IMG/VR virus record: IMGVR_UViG_3300011434_000345
Span: 1-58,743 of that record
Source of the DNA: a virus
Lineage: Duplodnaviria; Caudoviricetes
Strand: one strand, 5' to 3'
Length of the DNA stretch: 58,743 nt
Shown here: piece after piece, positions 45,362 to 54,872 of the stretch
How positions within the stretch are numbered: position 1 is the stretch's first letter
Layout of the letters: every line of letters begins with the position of its first letter
Notes under the pieces: model-generated
Told to the model about the DNA's origin: nothing
Databases searched by the model: none
The model's input: the letters and a program-made list of their open reading frames with translations, nothing else
Position numbers and translations under genes: made by a program

Positions 45362-48181
45362 TTAGCTCAATTTGCCCTGGTTGAACACGGACGTGCCCGC
45401 GTTCCAATTCACCAGTCCCGAGAGCACGGTCGTGCCCACGCTGTTCTTGAGCAACCGCTTGGTCGGCGTGCCCGTGGTGTCATGCTTGAGCCAGCCAAAG
45501 ATGAGGGCTTCCGCCTGCGCCCAGGTGGGAGTCCCGCCCGGATCACCCGTCAGCTCCGGGATGGCCGCCGGGAAGCGGCTCTGAAAGTCACTCTCAAAGC
45601 CCGATAAGACGCCACTCATCAGGGTCAGGTCGCTACTGACATCGCTGAGCAGGCTGTAAATATCACTCGTCACGTCCAACGTGGCCAACGCCCGGCTATT
45701 GGCCTGCACGGCCGCGCTGTGGGCATCAGACACCATGCCGCTCAGCCCTACCAGATAGCTCTGCACGTCCGACACCCGGGATTGCACCAGGAGCAGCCGG
45801 GAATCTACGCGCGTGCCCACCGCATGCGCCCAGACCTGCGAGGCAATATCACTGAGCGTCGAGGCATCCAGCGTCACGGCGGCCGCCGTAATGGCACTGC
45901 GCAGGTCACTCAGACTCGACGCATTGAGCTGGACCCCGGTGGTCGTGACGAGACTCCGCAGGTCGGAATTGAGATCCGACAGGCCGGAATAGACATCGGA
46001 GAGGAGGCCACTCATCGCCACCAGATAACTCTGCACATCCGACACCCGCGATTGCACCAGCAGCACCCGCGAATCGACCCGGGCGCCAATGGCGTTGGCC
46101 CAGACCGCCGAGGCAATATCCGAGATGTCGGACGTCGTAATGGTGGCCGCGGCCCCCGCGCCAATCGCACTGCGGAGATCGCTCATGTCGGAGGGGTTCA
46201 GCCCAACATTCGAGGTGAGTTTGCGGATCGCAAAGGCCCACACGGCGCTGGCCAGGTCGCTAATGTCACTGGCGGTGATCGTGGCCGCCGGACCGGCCGC
46301 AATCGCACTGCGTAGGTCGGAGATGGTGGACGCATTGAGGAGTTGCCCCGCCGTATATTGACTCGTGAGGGCACTATCGACGTCACTGACGAGGGATTGA
46401 ATCACCGCCATTTGGGAGAACATATCCGAAAAGTGACTTGCCATTGCCAGGAGGGTCGCGCTGGCGATGTCACTGAGAGTCGAGGCGGTGAGCTGCTGCC
46501 CCGCCGCATACTGACTGGTCAGGGCGCTATCCACGTCCGAGAGCAGGCCTGACAGCCCGACCAGGTAGGACTGTATATCACTCACCCGACTAAGGTTGAG
46601 GAGCACATTGCTATCAATCCGGACGCCCATCGTATGCGCCCAGACCGCACTCGCGATATTCGAGATGTCCGACGCACTGACGCCCGTGAGGCCCGCCAGG
46701 ACCGCGCTGGAAATGTCCGAAATGTCCGAGGCGCTCAACGTCAGCGTAATCGCGGTCATCGCGGAGCGCAGGTCACTCATGTCGGAGGCATTCAGGCCAA
46801 GATTGGAGGTGAGCTTGCGCGTGGTAAACGCCCAGACGGCCGACGCAATATCCGAGATGTCGCTCGCAGTCACGGTCGCCCCGGCCCCGGCCGTAATAGC
46901 CGAGCGCAGGTCGCTCATGGTGGAGGCGTTGAGCAGTTGCCCCGCGGTAAATTGACTGGTGAGGGCGCTATCCACATCGCTCATCAAGGACTGGAGGACC
47001 GCCATCTGCGAAAAGACATCGGAGAAATGGCTGGCGAGCGTGAGCAGCACGGCGCTGGCAATGTCACTGATATTCGAGACCGTCACCCCGGCGGTGATGG
47101 CGCTCCGGAGGTCCGAAATATCGGAGGCGGTGAGGGCCTGGGCCGCCGCAATCGCACTCCGCAGGTCGCTCAGGTCGGACGCCGTGAGGGGGTGCCCCGC
47201 CGTGAACTGGCTGGTCAGGGCACTGTCCATATCGCTGACGAGCGATTGCACCAGGAGCACCCGGGAATCGACCCGCGCGCCGATGGTATTGGCCCACACG
47301 GCACTGGCAATGTCGCTGATGTCGGACACACTCAGCGTGGCCACCACCCCCGCGATGGCGCTGCGCAAATCGCTCATCGTTGAGGCATTCAAATCAATAT
47401 TCGAGGTCAGTTTGCGCGTGGCAAAGGCCCACACGGCCGAGGCAATATCCGAGATGTCGCTGGCCGTCACCGTGGCGCCTGCCCCGGTGGCAATGGCCGA
47501 GCGCAGGTCGCTCAGGTCAGAGGCCGTCAGGGCTTGCGCGAGCGTGATGGCACTCCGCAGATCGCTCATGGTCGAGGCATCGAGGGTATGGCCCAGCGTA
47601 AATTGACTGGTCAGGGCGCTATCGACATCCGAGAGCATGCCGCTCATCACCACGAGATAGGACCGCAGATCGGAATGCAGATCGCTGACCTGGCTATTCG
47701 TAGCCACGAGCTTGGGGACCCGCGACTGAAAGTCGGAATAGAAGTCACTCAGCAACGAATAGGTGTCACTGATCCGCGAGAGATTGAGCAACACGCGGGA
47801 ATTCGTCTGCTGGGCGGCACTGGCGGCATCCGACGCCACCGAGGCGAGCAGGGCAATGGCCGACATAATGTCCGAATTATCCGCCGTCGCATAAAAGACC
47901 TGCACATGCTGGTCGGCGGCGCTGGCATGGATAAAGCGATAATCGACGAAATCATAGTTGGCTTCGGCGGCTTTGATCGTGGCGCGGTAGAGGCCCGAGC
48001 GCACATGCGAAATGGTCTTACTGAGTGCCCCGCTGACCGTGGCCACGGACCCGCCGTGATTCACGCCGTAGAAGCGGCCGGTCGGCATGGCGGTGAGGGC
48101 GGACTCAATGGTAGCAAAATCAACAGAGTCAACCATGAGAAAAAGAATCTGTGTCAGTTGATTCTTTTTGGGATTGCCCAT
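45362..48181 (-). CDS. 939-aa Ser/Asp/Ala-rich repeat protein
   Basis: Many repeats of SDISDIASAVW, S..SDLRSAI and SDVDSALTSQ(F/Y)TAG. Confidence 0.8.
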   Translation of the reverse strand: MGNPKKNQLTQILFLMVDSVDFATIESALTAMPTGRFYGVNHGGSVATVSGALSKTISHVRSGLYRATIKAAEANYDFVDYRFIHASAADQHVQVFYATADNSDIMSAIALLASVASDAASAAQQTNSRVLLNLSRISDTYSLLSDFYSDFQSRVPKLVATNSQVSDLHSDLRSYLVVMSGMLSDVDSALTSQFTLGHTLDASTMSDLRSAITLAQALTASDLSDLRSAIATGAGATVTASDISDIASAVWAFATRKLTSNIDLNASTMSDLRSAIAGVVATLSVSDISDIASAVWANTIGARVDSRVLLVQSLVSDMDSALTSQFTAGHPLTASDLSDLRSAIAAAQALTASDISDLRSAITAGVTVSNISDIASAVLLTLASHFSDVFSQMAVLQSLMSDVDSALTSQFTAGQLLNASTMSDLRSAITAGAGATVTASDISDIASAVWAFTTRKLTSNLGLNASDMSDLRSAMTAITLTLSASDISDISSAVLAGLTGVSASDISNIASAVWAHTMGVRIDSNVLLNLSRVSDIQSYLVGLSGLLSDVDSALTSQYAAGQQLTASTLSDIASATLLAMASHFSDMFSQMAVIQSLVSDVDSALTSQYTAGQLLNASTISDLRSAIAAGPAATITASDISDLASAVWAFAIRKLTSNVGLNPSDMSDLRSAIGAGAAATITTSDISDIASAVWANAIGARVDSRVLLVQSRVSDVQSYLVAMSGLLSDVYSGLSDLNSDLRSLVTTTGVQLNASSLSDLRSAITAAAVTLDASTLSDIASQVWAHAVGTRVDSRLLLVQSRVSDVQSYLVGLSGMVSDAHSAAVQANSRALATLDVTSDIYSLLSDVSSDLTLMSGVLSGFESDFQSRFPAAIPELTGDPGGTPTWAQAEALIFGWLKHDTTGTPTKRLLKNSVGTTVLSGLVNWNAGTSVFNQGKLS

Positions 48182-48196
48182 AACAAAGGCGTGCCT

Positions 48197-48541
48197 CTAC
48201 GGGCTAAAGGTATGGGTCGTAATGGCCCCAGCCGTCGTATTCCCCGTGGTATCCGTCGCCGTGACCCGGAGACGAACTGTCAGCGGCAACGTACCCGCCG
48301 TGAGTTCCACACTAATCGGGACGGTTTTGGTGTCGCCACCGGCGCCATTGTCACTGAGGACTTTGACGGCGGGCGTCCAATTCGTACACGTCGCCCCCCG
48401 GCACCAATACGACGTGGTATACGCCAGGGTTTTGCCAGGCGTGGCAGACGCCAGGGGTTCGGTATAGGTAAAATCAATGACCTCAGCCGACACCGGGCAT
48501 GTCAGCACCAGGAGTGTGGCCCAGAAAACCCACCAGCGCAT
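48197..48541 (-). CDS. Small secreted-looking FN3/Ig-like protein
   Basis: Signal peptide (..PVSA), Thr-rich, RVTATDTTGN. Confidence 0.55.
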   Translation of the reverse strand: MRWWVFWATLLVLTCPVSAEVIDFTYTEPLASATPGKTLAYTTSYWCRGATCTNWTPAVKVLSDNGAGGDTKTVPISVELTAGTLPLTVRLRVTATDTTGNTTAGAITTHTFSP

Positions 48542-48552
48542 ACCAGTCCTTT

Positions 48553-49188
48553 CTACTGTACGAGGAAGATCACACCTTCAGCCGTCCCTGGTTTCCCGTT
48601 GTACCAGCACCAGTCATTCAGCACATAGCCGTAGCGTTCCACCAGCACCTTCAGCGTGTGGTAGGAGTAATAGGCCACATGCTCAGGATTCACCGACTCG
48701 ACGCCGCCTGTGACGTGGTAATAGCCGGTGTTGTTGAACGCATTGGGGACGGTGATCAGCACCGGGCACGCCAGGCGCTTGAGCTGCGCCAGGAGGTTGC
48801 CAGGGTTGCCGAGATGCTCAAGGATTTCGGCGCAGACGACCAGCTCAATCTGCTCGACAGACAGCGAGCCTACCAAGTCTGCCGCTTCGGTGCCTTTATC
48901 GAGGTCAACACGTCCAAACAAGCCCTCGCTTGCCCCAGGCGGCACACAGATATCCACACCATACAGACGCGTTGCCACTTTCTCTATCGCCGTGTGCAGA
49001 TACCCAGGAGGCCAGTTGCACCCCAGATGCAGCACGCGCTTGCCCTGGCACTGCGCCAGGATATAGCGCACGCGGTTATCCACGCGGGCAAGCGGAATCT
49101 TGTGCATCATCTTGACGTACCAAGCCGGGTCATAGCCGCGCATCGCGTCACATTCGGCGTGGAGGTCGGCAAGGGTTGCCACTGCCAT
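48553..49188 (-). CDS. Class I SAM-dependent methyltransferase
   Basis: GKRVLHLGC, YGVDI, CAEILEHLGNPG, LITVPN. Confidence 0.85.
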   Translation of the reverse strand: MAVATLADLHAECDAMRGYDPAWYVKMMHKIPLARVDNRVRYILAQCQGKRVLHLGCNWPPGYLHTAIEKVATRLYGVDICVPPGASEGLFGRVDLDKGTEAADLVGSLSVEQIELVVCAEILEHLGNPGNLLAQLKRLACPVLITVPNAFNNTGYYHVTGGVESVNPEHVAYYSYHTLKVLVERYGYVLNDWCWYNGKPGTAEGVIFLVQ

Positions 49189-49191
49189 GGC

Positions 49192-50121
49192 TTACAAATA
49201 CCTCTCATAAATACTCACGGCTTGCTTCACCATATTGTTCACGTCGTGTTTTTCTTCAGCCCACTTCCGATAGTCCAGCTTTCCGTAGTCGTTCCAACAA
49301 TTAATGATCGTCTCGGCAAAAGCCTCTGGGCTATATTCGTTCACCTTCCATGGATAATTAGGAGGGTTGTACCCCATACAGATGGCGGCTTTCCCACATG
49401 CCAGAGCTTCAATAGGCGTCCGTGCGTACAGCGGGTAGAGGCCAGAGACGACAATATCCACCCGATTCATTAAGGTGGTGACATCATCAACAGGGCCCTG
49501 CAGGCTACGGACGAAGGTTTCAAATTTGCAGTGCTTGATGAGGGCTGAAAACGTGTCCTGCATTTTCTTATCTTGCACATTATAGAGATGCAACCGTGCC
49601 TTGGGGTACTTTTGCCAGACCTGTTGCATGGCAATGAGTATATACAACGGATTACGCATTCCTCGCCAAGATTCGCAATACAGCACAGCAGGCTCGCCGC
49701 TCAGTTTTTCGGTGATGCCCGGCAACGGCGCATACCGCTCAAGGTCAATCCCTTTAGGAACAATATAGGTACGGCGGATACTATTCCAGACACTCCATTC
49801 TTCTTCGCGCATGGAAATGAAGGCATCGCAGAGGGGTGCCAGATCCACGACAGCCTTCATGGAGACCCCATTTCCCACTGAAGAAAGCGGCTCGCCATGA
49901 TTCCAGAGGAAGCGAGGGATATTCGTAAAATATTCGCTAGGCGATAATTGCGAATGTATGCTACAGACATCGGCTCCGACATCGCGTCCGTAAATAGGCA
50001 TACCGTCAGATGGTTGCTTGATACAAATGCCGTGTCCCTGCTTTTCAAGGGTAGTCGCGATCTCAAGAGTTGTCCTGGCAAGGCCAGAATTTTCTTTACG
50101 CATGTACATGACAATGTTCAA
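49192..50121 (-). CDS. GT-B (family 4-like) glycosyltransferase
   Basis: IVPKGIDLERY, PKARLHLY, RTPIEALACGK; TTG start; lower GC. Confidence 0.8.
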   Translation of the reverse strand: MNIVMYMRKENSGLARTTLEIATTLEKQGHGICIKQPSDGMPIYGRDVGADVCSIHSQLSPSEYFTNIPRFLWNHGEPLSSVGNGVSMKAVVDLAPLCDAFISMREEEWSVWNSIRRTYIVPKGIDLERYAPLPGITEKLSGEPAVLYCESWRGMRNPLYILIAMQQVWQKYPKARLHLYNVQDKKMQDTFSALIKHCKFETFVRSLQGPVDDVTTLMNRVDIVVSGLYPLYARTPIEALACGKAAICMGYNPPNYPWKVNEYSPEAFAETIINCWNDYGKLDYRKWAEEKHDVNNMVKQAVSIYERYL

Positions 50122-50849
50122 ATCTTCGCACCTTTCTTCAGGTTATCTTGTGCCCAGAGAGGTTGGAGATTCTCTAAAGCCCAACAGATTTTGAATGCTT
50201 CATCTTCGTAACTGGTATAGTAAAATGAAGCTCTTGGTAGAATATGATCTACATGCCACTTCCCATAATTCTCCCAAGTCATCCCAGGTTGAAAGAGTCT
50301 TTCTAAATGGCTGATAAGCATTTCTCATGAATAGCCTACCAGTGATTGCCATCTCCTCCCTTGCTTTTTACTTTTCAGGGCAAGCCAAACAGTAGTCGCC
50401 ATGTTTGTATGTAGCCTGAACCATGGATTAGTTCTCCGTCTTTCCCTCTGATAAATCTTGCTTGCTTCAAGTTCTTTTTGCCTATTCTGTTCATAGTATG
50501 TTCGTCGCTTCTGAAGTACCTCATCTCGATGCATTGCCTTGCACTTTCTTGATGCTTGTAATCTTTGTTCTTTATTTAAGGCATTATACTGTCTGTAGTA
50601 AGGCTTTCTAGTTTCAGACTGCTCAATCGTTTTTGATGCTCGGCACGACTTGCAAACTTCGCGCCTACCATCCCATCGACGCTTTGCAATGCCATAGGCA
50701 TCTAAAGGATGCCATGTTTTACATGAAGAACAATCTTTGCCTTCGATCCCCAAAAGAAATGCATGATGCTTCCGCTCTGAGAGATACCCTCGTTTTGGAG
50801 TCCCGTCTGTCTTGGGCTTTGCCTTTGTGTTAGACTTCGCAGCACTCAT
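50118..50849 (-). pseudogene. HNH endonuclease interrupted by one in-frame TGA at 50325-50327
   Basis: Reads ...[35 protein letters not shown]...NLQPLWAQDNLKKG in a single frame. Confidence 0.85.
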
Positions 50850-50884
50850 GCATGCAACCTCCTCAATAGGTTGTTTCATGGGTA

Positions 50885-50931
50885 GGGTCTATGGGGTATT
50901 CCAGTACTCCATAGACCCGTCTATTTTAGCA
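50885..50931 (-). promoter_or_regulatory. Extended -10 promoter and 14-bp leader hairpin upstream of the HNH gene
   Basis: Minus strand TGCTAAAAT, then gggtctatggagta-ctggaa-taccccatagaccc. Confidence 0.55.
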
Positions 50932-50976
50932 TATTTTCCTTCCTAACTCTATGTTGATATTCCCTCGCGTGAGAAA

Positions 50977-52128
50977 TTAGCGCACGAGCCCTTGCCGCCT
51001 GGGATACCCCGCCTGCATCCCCAGCGGAGACGCCCGCGTGTTTTTCGTCGCCTTGCCGCCTGCGGGGGCGGCCTGAATGGGACACGCGGCCTGCACCCAT
51101 TCGTCGGGATGACTGAGGGTCCAACTCATCGTCACGGTGGCCGCCCCGGGCTCGGTACTCGCCAGCATCAGCGCACGTGCACCGGCATACGTTTTGAGGA
51201 CAGTATTCGCACGTTGCGTTTGAGAGGCACCCACCGTGCCAGTATTAGTCAGCGAGTTCCCATAGTTGTAAACAACATCATACACCATCCCCCCTGTGGC
51301 CGATGAGACGTTCACTGTCGCTGCGCCTGACGTCCCTTCAGCACTGGCTGCGGTCCCAATGGGAGTCGTCTGGTCAACATCATAGAGAGAGAGGGCATTC
51401 GCCCCAATATGATCGCAGGTCCCGGCGAACGTCACGACCACGGGAGCACTCACAGCAGAGGGGGCGACCTTGCGCCAGATGGAGGCCCGGTCGGTGACGC
51501 CCCCAGGGCCTGGATTCGTCACCACCGAGGCCCAGCCAGCGGTGGAGCCATCATGGGAAATCGAGCTGACAATCGTGTTGCCAAGGGTTGCATCGTACCC
51601 CGCTGAGCCAACGAGCATACATCGATTCGCATTGTTCGCGACAGGAAACGACCCAATGGTGATACTGTTCACTGCTGTCCCGACAGCTTCGTTGTCATTG
51701 TCGTAGGTAACGCTCTGATGCTCGTGTGCCGCACGCACAGGGATAGGCACGTCATCAAAGATCAGGCGGACCGCCGCGGTGCATGCACTGGCACACTGGA
51801 GGGTTGTCCGCACTGGAGGAATACCCTGACGTGTTCGTGGTAATCGCACTCGAACACTCGATGCATCGAGCGGGGTGCCATCCTTGCCGAGCTTCTCACT
51901 CGCGTCGGTGGTAAAGCCCCCAAGGACCACCCAGGCCTCGTCCAGGAACGCTTCAATTGTCAGGGTCAAAACTATTTCTTGTGCTGCCCGTGGAGTCCAC
52001 AACCCGCGGCTGTCAGCAAGGGCGGTGACATACGTGGCCGCGACGGGCAGCGTCACCTCTTGCCCGACGTACACCCCCGGCTGGCGGCGGGTACGCGGGA
52101 GGACCTCATCGTCACGGACAGTCGCCAT
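50977..52128 (-). CDS. Putative virion/tail-associated beta-rich protein
   Basis: T/S/A/G-rich C-terminal domain (SLYDVDQTTPIGT...STEPGAATVTMSWT); AAGGAG RBS. Confidence 0.6.
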   Translation of the reverse strand: MATVRDDEVLPRTRRQPGVYVGQEVTLPVAATYVTALADSRGLWTPRAAQEIVLTLTIEAFLDEAWVVLGGFTTDASEKLGKDGTPLDASSVRVRLPRTRQGIPPVRTTLQCASACTAAVRLIFDDVPIPVRAAHEHQSVTYDNDNEAVGTAVNSITIGSFPVANNANRCMLVGSAGYDATLGNTIVSSISHDGSTAGWASVVTNPGPGGVTDRASIWRKVAPSAVSAPVVVTFAGTCDHIGANALSLYDVDQTTPIGTAASAEGTSGAATVNVSSATGGMVYDVVYNYGNSLTNTGTVGASQTQRANTVLKTYAGARALMLASTEPGAATVTMSWTLSHPDEWVQAACPIQAAPAGGKATKNTRASPLGMQAGYPRRQGLVR

Positions 52129-52317
52129 GCGCGCACGCACTCCTTATGGGACACAGGGGAGGCCCGGCCGCGTGCGGCCGGGCGGGTGCCGGGACAAACC
52201 ACATGGACAAGAGCACCAGCACAAAAATGCCTGCCACGCGGCGCCAAGTCGGGTATAGTGTGATGATCGTCCCTTCTCTCTTCCCACACGGCCCCTGGGA
52301 GCCGGAAAGGAATTGGC

Positions 52318-52494
52318 ATGAAACCCGCGCGTGTCTATGCACGACCGTCCACGCTCCTGGTCAGTCTCGGCCTCGTCCTGGCCGCCCATGTCGTTGTGGG
52401 CCTGCCGGGCTGGGCCATCCTGCCTGCCTACTTTGCGCTCCACTACTTAGCGACCCCGGCGTATCCCTGGTCCCGCGCCGGAGCGTCCGACTGA
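52318..52494 (+). CDS. 58-aa membrane peptide with its own promoter, antisense to the late operon
   Basis: Absent from the ORF track; CTGCCA-17-TATAGT at 52231-52259, GAAAGGA RBS, MKPARVYARPSTLLVSLGLVLAAHVVVGLPGWAILPAYFALHYL... Confidence 0.5.
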   Translation: MKPARVYARPSTLLVSLGLVLAAHVVVGLPGWAILPAYFALHYLATPAYPWSRAGASD

Positions 52495-54872
52495 GCCCGG
52501 AGCGCCCCCTGGGTGCTGGCGACCACCGGCGCCAGGGCCGGGGAGCGCAAGAACGTATCCACCCGACGTGTAAAGGCCGCACTCCCTGGCTGCAGATCAC
52601 TGGCAGCCAGCAGAAAGTTGCGTCCCGGCCGCGTCATAAAGAGGAGCTGTAAGCCTTTCGCCCCCGCAAAAACTTGGGCCATCGTCGCCGGATCGACCGT
52701 GGCCGCGCCGCCCAAGAGCGCCCCAGCAATCGTGCGTTGGCCCGTGGGCGGATTCTCCGCGTACTGCCCGGCCCGGTGGGCATGCGCCATCAGGTTACGA
52801 AAGCCGTTGAGTTCCCAGTGCGGCTGCCCCCGAAAGAACACGCCGCTAGCCTCCTGAATCCGCCCCAAGGATTGCGCAAACTTGGCCGGGCTAAACACGT
52901 CCAAGGCGCCCTGGGTGGCTGCGTCCGTCGCTTCCTGCACCATGCCATACCGCACCGCGGCTTGCCCACGTGGGTCGAGGCCGTTGTAAAACTGCTGCGC
53001 CCGGTCGGCCCCCCGACGCACAAACGCGCCGTAGATTTCATCAGGGAGGTCTTTCGTGATCGCGGTCGCCAGTGCCCCCTCACGGTAGGGCACCACCCGC
53101 GTGCGGTAAAATTGGTCCGCCTGGCGGGCCGCTTGCTGCAACGCGGGCGTCCCCTGCTGCGCCGTAAACGTCGTCATGTCGTTCTCCAGGGCGGTCTTGA
53201 TCGTGCCGAGATAGCGCGCGGTCGCCGGCTCGGTGGCGGTGCGTTGCATATCGCCCAGGTCGGAGCGCAAGCGCCGCATGCGCGTGTAGCTCGTATCCGG
53301 GGGCGGCTGCCCGGGCGTCGGCGTCACGGCCACACGGGCACGCTGCATGAGCCCGGCCACTTCGCGCCGCACTTCGGGCGCGGGCAAAATCGCCGCCTCG
53401 ACATCCTGCACGGCACGATCAATCGCCCGCGTCGTCTGCGGCAACGGCATATTGCCGAGGGGCGCCGCCAGGCGGTCCACCCGGTCATAGAGCTGGGTCG
53501 CGCGCAGGCGATCTTGAAACAGATTGAGCTTACCACTGGCCTGGATGACCCGCCCCCAATCATCGCCTGCCTGGTCAAGTTCGGCCAACAAGGCGCGGGC
53601 CGCTTTCCCTTGCGAGGTCTGCTGGCCTGCGACCCGTTGCACCTGCGCCAGGTTCCGCCACGGGGTCGTCACCATGGCCTCACGGAGTTGCGTGGTCAGT
53701 GCCTCCCCCGCGCGCGCCACATCGGCCTGTTGCCCGACGCGAAAGGCCCCCGCGCCCACGCCAGGCACGTTCTCGAGGACACTTTCCACTTTGGGGGCAA
53801 TACTCCCCCGCGCCACATCGCCATACGACAGCCGCACGCCCCACCGCTCGGCGAGGTCCATGAGCTGTTGCCGGGCCGGGCGCGTGACGCCCGCAATCGC
53901 ATTCCCGACTTTCGTGGCCACCGGAGCCGCCGCACGCGCAGCAAGGGGGATCGCCACATTGAGCGCATCGCTGGGGTAAATCGGGCCAAGCACCGTCTCT
54001 TCGACCAGCGGGGCTTCCTCGGGGGTCAGCCCGAGTTGCTTGTTGAGGCGCCCGCCATAGACACCCCCGGCAACGCCCCCCGCAAAGGCGCCCGCAGGCC
54101 CCCCGACCGCGCCACCTATCATCGCTCCCCCCGTGGCGGTGATGGCCGGGACAGCGAGGGCACCAAGGGACCGGGCCTGGTCTGTGGCAGACGGCAAGGG
54201 GGACCGGGTCGCCAGCAGCTGACTCGCGGCGTTCTGGTTGACGGGCTCAATCCCCTGGACGGCAGCCTGCCAGTCGTCAGGCGGACTCGCCTTCTCAATG
54301 TTCACCGTAAGATCACTCGGCGGCTCGCCGGCGGGCGGTGCGTCTTGCCGCTGCCGCATAGCCTGGCCCGTGGCGCCTGCTTCGGCAGGCGTACTCACCG
54401 GGGCAGAGGCGGCACGCCGTGCCCGTTCCGCTTTCAGGGCCTCGAGGCGGACCAGATCGGCGTCCAGGGGCGCGGCCTCGGCCGACGCCGGGCGCAGCAT
54501 GCCCAGAATCTTCGATACATAGCTGCGGGTCTCCGGGAACGGGGGGACCCCGCGAAACTTCTCGACGGCCCCCGGTCCCGCGTTGTAGGCCGCCAGCATG
54601 CGTGCCTGATCGCCGTCGTACCGTTGCGAGAGTTGCGCCAGATACTTGACACCCCCGGCAATGTTCTGCCCCACGTCGAGCGGGTCCACGCCAAGGGCTT
54701 TCGCCGTGCCTGGCATGAGCTGCATCACCCCCAGCGCACCTTTGGGCGAGCGGGCAGCCGGGTCAAAGTCGGACTCCTGCTGGGCGACGGCCCGCGCTAA
54801 CGCCGGGTCCACTCCGTGACGTGCGGCCTGTAATTCCACCAGGCGGCCCAGCTCCTCACGACTCAGCGCCAT
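52443..54872 (-). CDS. DNA-ejection protein with N-terminal SLT lytic transglycosylase
   Basis: AVAQQESDFDP.ARSPKGA.GVMQLMPGTA, AAYNAGPG, PPFPETRSYV; third ejection gene position. Confidence 0.85.
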   Translation of the reverse strand: MALSREELGRLVELQAARHGVDPALARAVAQQESDFDPAARSPKGALGVMQLMPGTAKALGVDPLDVGQNIAGGVKYLAQLSQRYDGDQARMLAAYNAGPGAVEKFRGVPPFPETRSYVSKILGMLRPASAEAAPLDADLVRLEALKAERARRAASAPVSTPAEAGATGQAMRQRQDAPPAGEPPSDLTVNIEKASPPDDWQAAVQGIEPVNQNAASQLLATRSPLPSATDQARSLGALAVPAITATGGAMIGGAVGGPAGAFAGGVAGGVYGGRLNKQLGLTPEEAPLVEETVLGPIYPSDALNVAIPLAARAAAPVATKVGNAIAGVTRPARQQLMDLAERWGVRLSYGDVARGSIAPKVESVLENVPGVGAGAFRVGQQADVARAGEALTTQLREAMVTTPWRNLAQVQRVAGQQTSQGKAARALLAELDQAGDDWGRVIQASGKLNLFQDRLRATQLYDRVDRLAAPLGNMPLPQTTRAIDRAVQDVEAAILPAPEVRREVAGLMQRARVAVTPTPGQPPPDTSYTRMRRLRSDLGDMQRTATEPATARYLGTIKTALENDMTTFTAQQGTPALQQAARQADQFYRTRVVPYREGALATAITKDLPDEIYGAFVRRGADRAQQFYNGLDPRGQAAVRYGMVQEATDAATQGALDVFSPAKFAQSLGRIQEASGVFFRGQPHWELNGFRNLMAHAHRAGQYAENPPTGQRTIAGALLGGAATVDPATMAQVFAGAKGLQLLFMTRPGRNFLLAASDLQPGSAAFTRRVDTFLRSPALAPVVASTQGALRAQSDAPARDQGYAGVAK

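Noticed and set aside
38756-48181. Diversity-generating retroelement or invertible tail-fibre system
   Set aside because: No reverse transcriptase or invertase; the repeats are ordinary domain duplications, not adenine-specific variants.
50325-50327. Genome-wide TGA recoding
   Set aside because: Many genes end in TGA with ATGA overlaps (trbC, trbE, trbF), and no suppressor tRNA was seen.
39696-54800. Long + strand ORFs 39696-41912, 42309-44132 and 52674-54800
   Set aside because: Shadows of well-supported minus-strand genes.
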